Shown here: piece by piece, positions 58,512 to 64,000 of the stretch | Position numbering within the stretch: position 1 is the first letter of the stretch | How the letters are laid out: each line of letters starts with the position of its first letter | DNA from: Candidatus Woesebacteria bacterium RBG_16_42_24 | GTDB taxonomy: Bacteria; Patescibacteriota; Microgenomatia; UBA8517 | Reading direction: 5' to 3' | Length of the DNA stretch: 64,000 nucleotides | Assembly (NCBI GenBank): GCA_001792115.1 | Contig: MGFX01000002.1 | Location: forward strand, 4,965-68,964 | Position numbers and translations under genes: made by a program | Notes under the pieces: generated by a model | The model's input: only the letters and a program-made list of their open reading frames with translations | The model's database searches: none | What the model was told of the DNA's origin: nothing

Positions 58512-59365
58512 TTTCTTAAATATCTAATATATGCCCGCGGAAATCTTAATGCTGAAAAAAATGAAAATATTATCCCCTGAAACCCATCCAAAATTCCTTT
58601 GTGTCGAAGAAGAGTAAGAAAAAACCACCAAATTGGTTTAACTAAAACATAATTTAAAAATTGCCAAATGCTTTTTTCTAAATTCTCTTTTTTCATATCC
58701 GTAACTATCAAGTCGATGTAATAACTATTCCTCTTAAGATATCTGGAGAACGTTGGGTCGGCCATATGTATAAGATCGTTTTGAAGCCATCCCACCTTCC
58801 CGTCAACTGCCATCACCTCGTGCACACTTTTTGCTGGAAAGTGGGCTTTTCCTTTTTTAACTAATCTGATTACTCCGTCCGGGTAGACTCCCCCATAGCG
58901 CAGGTATTTGCCCAGAAAATAATTTAGCCTGGGAATAAAAAAACCGGCATATACCCCTTCTTTTCCAACTGCCCCATCTCTTTCCTCAATAAGCTTTTGG
59001 TGACGCAAAAAAAGCCTACGATTTGTTAAAGTCTCCTGGTATTTATGTATTTCCTCATCCGACATCCCAATTACCCTTCGGATTTCTTCGGCAAGACTAG
59101 GAGTTACCCTTTCGTCAGCATCCAGCTGTAGTATCCATTCACCTTGAGCCTCCTCAAGCGCCTTTTGTTTAGTTATATGAAAAATTGGCGAATGTTTGAC
59201 TTTAATAACTCTCGCGCCGAAAGATTCCACAATTTCCAGAGTCTTATCCCTCGACTCCTCATCCACCACAACAATTTCGTCGGCTATCCCTTTAATCGAG
59301 GAGAGGCATTCCCCAATATTTTTCTCCTCGTTTCTCACTGCTAAAACTACAGATAATTTCGTCAT
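58508..59365 (-). CDS. Glycosyltransferase family 2
   Basis: LSVVLAVRNEEKNIGECLSSIKGIADEIVVVDEESRDKT...ILQLDADERV. Confidence 0.7.
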   Translation of the reverse strand: MTKLSVVLAVRNEEKNIGECLSSIKGIADEIVVVDEESRDKTLEIVESFGARVIKVKHSPIFHITKQKALEEAQGEWILQLDADERVTPSLAEEIRRVIGMSDEEIHKYQETLTNRRLFLRHQKLIEERDGAVGKEGVYAGFFIPRLNYFLGKYLRYGGVYPDGVIRLVKKGKAHFPAKSVHEVMAVDGKVGWLQNDLIHMADPTFSRYLKRNSYYIDLIVTDMKKENLEKSIWQFLNYVLVKPIWWFFLTLLRHKGILDGFQGIIFSFFSALRFPRAYIRYLRK

Positions 59366-59366
59366 G

Positions 59367-60644
59367 TTATCTCGATTGTATCACCATATTTGCGGCTTTT
59401 TCTCCAAGCTCAACCGCATAATTGGTCCCTCTATCCCAAGGGTAAACCTGCTGGATGTTTGTAAGAAACAAGCCTTCTATGGGAGTTTTTATTTGCGGCA
59501 TTATTTTAGAGTAATTTAAAGGAACAATTGGCTGGGCAAAAGGAGCTGTAAATTTATTGGCTTCCATTACCCAATTTTGTCTAAACTCCGGGTTTATCTT
59601 TTGCAAATATGGTAAAAATAATTCAAAAAGTTCTCTCGGCTCTTTGGAATAGAAAGGATGATCCTGGGGGAGGTAGTTTCCAACATAGATAATGTGATTT
59701 CCACCGTAATATCTCTTGTCCATGAAATTGGTGTGTTCCACAACCGCCAAAAAAGGAAAATTTTCTTCACTTACATTCAACCAATATATGTCGTTTTTAA
59801 GAAACTCTCTTTTTAGAACAAGCATTAAGTTAACGGCCCCTATACCTTTAAAGGAAAGGAGTCTTTGGGAGTAAGGTTCGGGGAGATCCTGGACGATATT
59901 TGCAAAAGAGGCGTATGGAAGCGTACAGATAACTTTGTCAAATTCGAATCTTCCTTTATCCGTCAATACTTCCAGTTTAGAATCTACCTTCGTTATTTTT
60001 TCAACCCTGGTTTTGTATAAAATCCTTCCTTTATTTTGCCTAATTAATGCATCAAGCCTAGTTGCAAATTTTAAAAATCCTCCCTCGGGGTATCCCAGAG
60101 ATGAGCTTCTTTTTTTAATTCTCGCCCAAAACCACGAGGCCGGAATTTGGTCTGCAAAATGGCTGAATTTTTTTTCAAAAAGTGGTCTCCATAGCATATC
60201 CCAAGTTTTCTCGCCGTTATATTTTGCCAGAAACCTCCTCGCTGTAACTTTCTCAAGAGGTTTCCAAAATGGAGTAAGTTTTAAAAAGGCTAAAACTAGA
60301 CCGGTGCGAATTCTATCTAATAATGACAATTTATCAAATAGCATAAGGCTTTGGGGGGAATCCAGCTGGTAAATTGTCCCCTTAATAAAGGTCGAAGTTT
60401 TTGTCGGCAAATAAATATATTTGTGCCCAGTCTCTTTAGCCAATTTCCTAATTGCAAAGTCGGAATAAAACCAATGATGGTAATGCTTCTCCAAACTCCA
60501 CTTCCACCCTTTTTTAGTAAACCCTACCGCAAGGCCCCCGGGATAGTCCTCTCCCTCAAAGACAGTAACTTCGAATCCTTGCTTGGTTAGTCTATGAGCT
60601 GCCGCCAACCCAGTGAATCCCGCACCGATTATTCCAATATTCAT
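59367..60644 (-). CDS. FAD/NAD(P)-binding oxidoreductase (amine oxidase/HemY-like fold)
   Basis: MNIGIIGAGFTGLAAAHRLTKQGFEVTVFEGEDYPGG, a dinucleotide-binding GxGxxG with a downstream GG. Length 425 aa. Confidence 0.55.
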   Translation of the reverse strand: MNIGIIGAGFTGLAAAHRLTKQGFEVTVFEGEDYPGGLAVGFTKKGWKWSLEKHYHHWFYSDFAIRKLAKETGHKYIYLPTKTSTFIKGTIYQLDSPQSLMLFDKLSLLDRIRTGLVLAFLKLTPFWKPLEKVTARRFLAKYNGEKTWDMLWRPLFEKKFSHFADQIPASWFWARIKKRSSSLGYPEGGFLKFATRLDALIRQNKGRILYKTRVEKITKVDSKLEVLTDKGRFEFDKVICTLPYASFANIVQDLPEPYSQRLLSFKGIGAVNLMLVLKREFLKNDIYWLNVSEENFPFLAVVEHTNFMDKRYYGGNHIIYVGNYLPQDHPFYSKEPRELFELFLPYLQKINPEFRQNWVMEANKFTAPFAQPIVPLNYSKIMPQIKTPIEGLFLTNIQQVYPWDRGTNYAVELGEKAANMVIQSR

Positions 60645-60648
60645 TTTT

Positions 60649-62310
60649 CTAATTAGCTACAGCCTCGAAATAAAGATATCCGTTTGTCCCGTATATCCTT
60701 TTAACAATATTTGCCTCATTCGGTATTTCCTCGTCGGTTCCTACAATTAAACTCCCGGGGTTTTGGGGTTTAATAGTGTCAAAATCTATCGGCACAAATT
60801 CGTATTTGCCAAAACTTCTGACTGTTGAAAAGCCATATTTATCTTTTGCCGTAAGCGTATGTTCCAACTGAAACTTTTGGGGTGGGTATTTTAAATAAAA
60901 AAGGAAAAGAATATAAGGCTGGTCGTAGCGATCAGTAACTATTATCTTCTGGTTCGCTTTCTCCTTAGTATAGCTTACCAACTCCTTTACCCCATACTGC
61001 GATGAGAAGGGAAACTCCTTAGCCATATGGACCCAATACATATGCTGATACCTGGCAAAACCCCAGATTATCAAGACCCCAAGCGCCAAATAACCCCATA
61101 ATCGAATTTTCCTTAGATTGTTAAGCCATGAAAGGGTTGTCATAAGACCATATGCACTGATTACAGTTAATGGAATCGCCATATTTTGGGCCCTTAGGGC
61201 GTGGGGAGACTGAAAAGTCAACGCCGAAGCGGTTGGAGCCAACAAAAGCCACACTAAAATCACTCCCCAACCCTGCCTGCCGGCAGGCAGGCTTTTAGAA
61301 CTCTTGGCAATTGCCAAAAGACCGACAATCAAGAAAAGTATGTCAAATAAATACATCTGCCCCGTTTCGGGAACCTTATCCCTCTCAATGGCGTCTCCCG
61401 TAAGGAAAAGGAATTCTCCCCAGAAATGCTGCGAATAGTTTTGGGCAAAGGCCAATGAGTAATTAACCACCTTGTTGTGAATGGCTTTAGGGACAAAAGC
61501 CAAATAGTCTTGGTGCTCTCCGCGCTGCTCGTTAATCCTCGAAAGAGGCCCGGGATCCGCAAAAAGGCCGACCCCTGCAACCCTTGAACCCACCTCCCCT
61601 TTCGCAATATCAAAACCCAAGGGGGCAAGTAAAATTAATGCTGCAATTCCTGAAATAATAAAGGATTTAATGTCTGGACGGATTTCTTTACGGTAAATAA
61701 GACCCAAACCAATGACTAGTAAGGGCACAACTACCCTTGCGGCGTGGTAAGTATATAGGGACAGTACAAAGCTGATAGTACATAGGGCATAGTAGTTTGG
61801 ATTTTTAAGCCCTTTCAAATACAGTAAAAGACCAAGGCTAATAAAAAAAGTGGCTACATTTACTTCCCAACCGCCTCTCGAGAAGTGTATGTGCCAGGGC
61901 GAGATTGCAAGGAAAAGCGCTGCAAACTCGCCAATTTCCAATTTCCAATTTCCAATTTCCAATTTTTTATCCGGAAACAGTTCTCTACACAGAAAATAAA
62001 CGACCAGAACGGTGGCAACGCCAAAGAGGGCTCCCGGAATTCGGACTGCGAGCTCACTTAGTCCTAATACTTTTACAAATGGCAAAACTAAATAGAAATA
62101 GAGACCAGGTTTGTAATCGTTGAACGACTGAAAATGGATTGGCCAGGCATTTCCATGCTCGTCTTTGCCAGTTTCGATTAGAGAGTAGGCATTATAGCCA
62201 ATTGCCGCCTCATCGGCATTAAGTGCTGGATAGGAACCAAGTCTCCAAAACCGTAAAAAAGAGGCTAACAGCAATATTAAAAACAGTAGTAACTTTCTTT
62301 TTCTTAACAT
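60649..62310 (-). CDS. GT-C fold glycosyltransferase, PMT_2 family (bacterial dolichyl/polyprenyl-phosphate-mannose protein-mannosyltransferase-like)
   Basis: FLRFWRLGSYPALNADEAAIGYNAYSLIETGKDEHGNAWP, an N-proximal DE motif. Contains (CCAATTT)4 at 61931-61958 encoding KLEIGNWKLEIG, and the 20-bp palindrome at 61274-61293. Confidence 0.65.
   Translation of the reverse strand: MLRKRKLLLFLILLLASFLRFWRLGSYPALNADEAAIGYNAYSLIETGKDEHGNAWPIHFQSFNDYKPGLYFYLVLPFVKVLGLSELAVRIPGALFGVATVLVVYFLCRELFPDKKLEIGNWKLEIGEFAALFLAISPWHIHFSRGGWEVNVATFFISLGLLLYLKGLKNPNYYALCTISFVLSLYTYHAARVVVPLLVIGLGLIYRKEIRPDIKSFIISGIAALILLAPLGFDIAKGEVGSRVAGVGLFADPGPLSRINEQRGEHQDYLAFVPKAIHNKVVNYSLAFAQNYSQHFWGEFLFLTGDAIERDKVPETGQMYLFDILFLIVGLLAIAKSSKSLPAGRQGWGVILVWLLLAPTASALTFQSPHALRAQNMAIPLTVISAYGLMTTLSWLNNLRKIRLWGYLALGVLIIWGFARYQHMYWVHMAKEFPFSSQYGVKELVSYTKEKANQKIIVTDRYDQPYILFLFYLKYPPQKFQLEHTLTAKDKYGFSTVRSFGKYEFVPIDFDTIKPQNPGSLIVGTDEEIPNEANIVKRIYGTNGYLYFEAVAN
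61274..61293 (+). repeat. 20-bp perfect palindrome CCTGCCTGCCGGCAGGCAGG inside the PMT_2 ORF. A near-copy lies at 51811-51826 in the intergenic region.
   Basis: It is its own reverse complement. 51809-51826 reads acctgcctgccggcaagg, a 16/17 match, immediately adjacent to repeat-element copy 3. Confidence 0.6.
61931..61958 (+). repeat. Heptanucleotide tandem repeat (CCAATTT)x4 within a coding sequence
   Basis: ccaatttccaatttccaatttccaattt. A unit length of 7 is not a multiple of 3, so a change of one unit would frameshift the PMT_2 gene. Confidence 0.8.
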
Positions 62311-63165
62311 CTATTTGACCAACAATAAACCCAAAAGACCCAGAAGGGATCCTACAATCTTCCAAATAATTCTCTTTCTTTCATTAAGAAAAAGAATCGC
62401 AAAAATCACAGTTACGACAACACCTATGGAATTTAAAGAAATTACTTGTGATGAATTTTCCGTAATCTGCAATGCATAGAAAAACAAAATTATAGACGCT
62501 GCATAGAATAAACTTAAGGTCGCCATTCTAACAAATCTTTCCTTCACTAGAAAAACTTTCATGTTTTTAATCCTGCCAGAGTAAAATGCTAGAATCGACA
62601 ATGCTGGAAGGACAAATCCAAGGAATGAGTACGGGAAAACGTCAAAGTGTCTAAGGAGAAATCTGTCGTTGACAACGGCAAATCCGTAAAACATTGCAGC
62701 CAAAAGAGCATAAATTTCTTTAAAGGAGAATTTAATTTTCTTTGTTTCCAAAGATACAATAACTGCAGCAGAAAGAATAAGCAACGTACCTATCCATTGT
62801 GAAACCGTAAGAGTTTCCTTCATTAGAAGCGAAAAAGCCAATACTGCAATAATTGCCCTGGAACTAAAGATGACAGAAAATTTTGATGCCTCGGTTTTTT
62901 TTAATGCTTTAAACACAAAAATGTTACCAAGTGCGTAAAGAACTATCATTAATAAAAAGTTCAATATTAAGGGCTTGAAATCAGGGTACTTCATTGAGGT
63001 AAATAAATAGCCGAAAATCCCTATCATTAGTCCCGTTAACAGTTGAGAGAAAGAAGCATAAGCCACCGGGTCACTGCCCTTTTCCGTGACCAGTATTCTT
63101 TGCAGCAATACCGAGACAGAATAACAAATAACGCTCAAAATAATTAGTATTTGCCAAGTCACCAT
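62311..63165 (-). CDS. EamA/DMT-superfamily transporter-like membrane protein
   Basis: A 10-TM protein with two internal repeats of EamA-like helices. Confidence 0.5.
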   Translation of the reverse strand: MVTWQILIILSVICYSVSVLLQRILVTEKGSDPVAYASFSQLLTGLMIGIFGYLFTSMKYPDFKPLILNFLLMIVLYALGNIFVFKALKKTEASKFSVIFSSRAIIAVLAFSLLMKETLTVSQWIGTLLILSAAVIVSLETKKIKFSFKEIYALLAAMFYGFAVVNDRFLLRHFDVFPYSFLGFVLPALSILAFYSGRIKNMKVFLVKERFVRMATLSLFYAASIILFFYALQITENSSQVISLNSIGVVVTVIFAILFLNERKRIIWKIVGSLLGLLGLLLVK

Positions 63166-64000
63166 TATTTAGCCTCCATTATCAAAAACGCCAGCGAACC
63201 GTCGGGCCTAAGGACCTCTTCAAGAATTCTATAATCTACTAAAACACGATCTTTTGGGGCAACCACCTCATCGGCGACTACTACTGTGCCACTAGGAAAT
63301 TTAAACGGCCAACTCAAGAACTGAAAGCTTAAGTTTTTATACTCGCTTACCAACCCGACGTCGCCGACGCTGCTGGGCTCATAAACCGCACTTTCCCAAA
63401 ACTCTCGCGAGTCCTCCTTCCAATAGAAAAGGAAATAAATAAAAGGCTGGGCGTAAGACTGCTGAAAAACTATTTCTCGCGAGTCCAAACCTGACTCCTT
63501 TAAATATTCAACTGCCTCTCTATACCCATATTCCCAGTATTTGGCTGAGTGCGTTGGGAGGTGCACAAAGTAAGAATCCAGATAGTACAAATAGTTCAGA
63601 AAATATAATGCCACAAATGCCAAAACGGCTATTTTTATTAAAGTGCCCTTGAACAATTTCTCAAAAAAGCCATAAAGCGCCAAAGAAGAAACAACAATTA
63701 GCGGGATAACCATTTGAATACTCCTTACCCCATGAACAGGATCCCTTGACAATATTGAAGGTATGGGTGCAAGTACCAGCCAAAGAAGAATAAATAAGAA
63801 ATATTTATTCTTGATGTTTCGGACAAACTTAACAAGCCCCGCCAAAATTAAAATGGAATCGGCCAATAAAAACATCCCCATATTTGGCGGGCTATGTCGG
63901 GGGTTATTCCAATCGCCCTCAAAGAATAGAAACCTTCCCGAAAAATGATTAAACCACTTTCCCGCAATCACCCTTGCCCAGTTCAGAGTCTCCGTATGAA
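63165..64000 (-). CDS. GT-C/PMT_2-like membrane glycosyltransferase, C-terminal portion. The gene continues beyond the window end.
   Basis: The frame stays open upstream of the GTG at 63971 through position 64000. FFEGDWNNPRHSPPNMGMFLLADSILILAGL resembles the ...FLTGDAIERDKVPETG...DILFLIVGL region of ORF 60649..62310, a likely paralogue. Confidence 0.5.
   Translation of the reverse strand, partial: HTETLNWARVIAGKWFNHFSGRFLFFEGDWNNPRHSPPNMGMFLLADSILILAGLVKFVRNIKNKYFLFILLWLVLAPIPSILSRDPVHGVRSIQMVIPLIVVSSLALYGFFEKLFKGTLIKIAVLAFVALYFLNYLYYLDSYFVHLPTHSAKYWEYGYREAVEYLKESGLDSREIVFQQSYAQPFIYFLFYWKEDSREFWESAVYEPSSVGDVGLVSEYKNLSFQFLSWPFKFPSGTVVVADEVVAPKDRVLVDYRILEEVLRPDGSLAFLIMEAK

Noticed and set aside
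61931-61958. Tandem and interspersed short repeats as a possible CRISPR array
   Set aside because: Units are 7 nt (not 24-48 nt), have no unique spacers, lie inside ORFs, and no cas genes are present.
1-64000. rRNA or tRNA genes anywhere in the window
   Set aside because: No GGTTCGAATCC-type T-arm or acceptor-stem signatures and no long GC-rich non-coding stretches. Every intergenic gap of 100 nt or more was inspected and is either AT-rich promoter-like sequence or repeat element.

Overview
This 64-kb window is AT-rich and almost every gene is on the minus strand. Most of it (about 9.5-63 kb) is one very large cell-envelope glycan biosynthesis locus, apparently from a small-genome, CPR-like bacterium (inferred from protein style, a short RecO and low GC). 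The locus has a PglC/WbaP-type priming sugar transferase, a GDP-mannose pyrophosphorylase, about 9 GT4 and about 10 GT2 glycosyltransferases, and three of the GT2s look like polyprenyl-phosphate-sugar synthases. It also has a Wzx-like flippase, a Wzy/WaaL-like polymerase/ligase, and at least 10 polytopic GT-C/PMT/ArnT-like membrane proteins. Tailoring genes include 7 SAM methyltransferases (one CmcI-type sugar O-methyltransferase), a NodU/CmcH carbamoyltransferase, a hexapeptide acetyltransferase, an AsnB amidotransferase and an FAD oxidoreductase. The 5' end (1-7.6 kb) carries a partial glyQS, an unknown ORF with a GIY-YIG-like tail, an LCP (LytR) gene, yjbQ and recO. An approximately 2.3-kb insertion sits at the lytR 3' end, flanked by a 40-bp imperfect direct repeat that rebuilds the lytR end, and carries a UPF0020/Trm11-like methyltransferase. 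The least explained signal is a set of short interspersed repeats. One is a roughly 105-125-nt structured, palindromic element in 3 copies, one inserted in frame inside a membrane-protein gene, reminiscent of the in-frame palindromic elements of Rickettsia. Another is heptamer tandem repeats (CCAATTT)n inside glycosyltransferase genes, which are candidate slipped-strand phase-variation sites. There are also 14-18-bp GTGATTGGTGAATGGTGA-type repeats and a 20-bp perfect palindrome inside ORFs. I found no rRNA or tRNA genes and no CRISPR array. All functional calls rest on motif-level reading of the translations and need homology searches to confirm.
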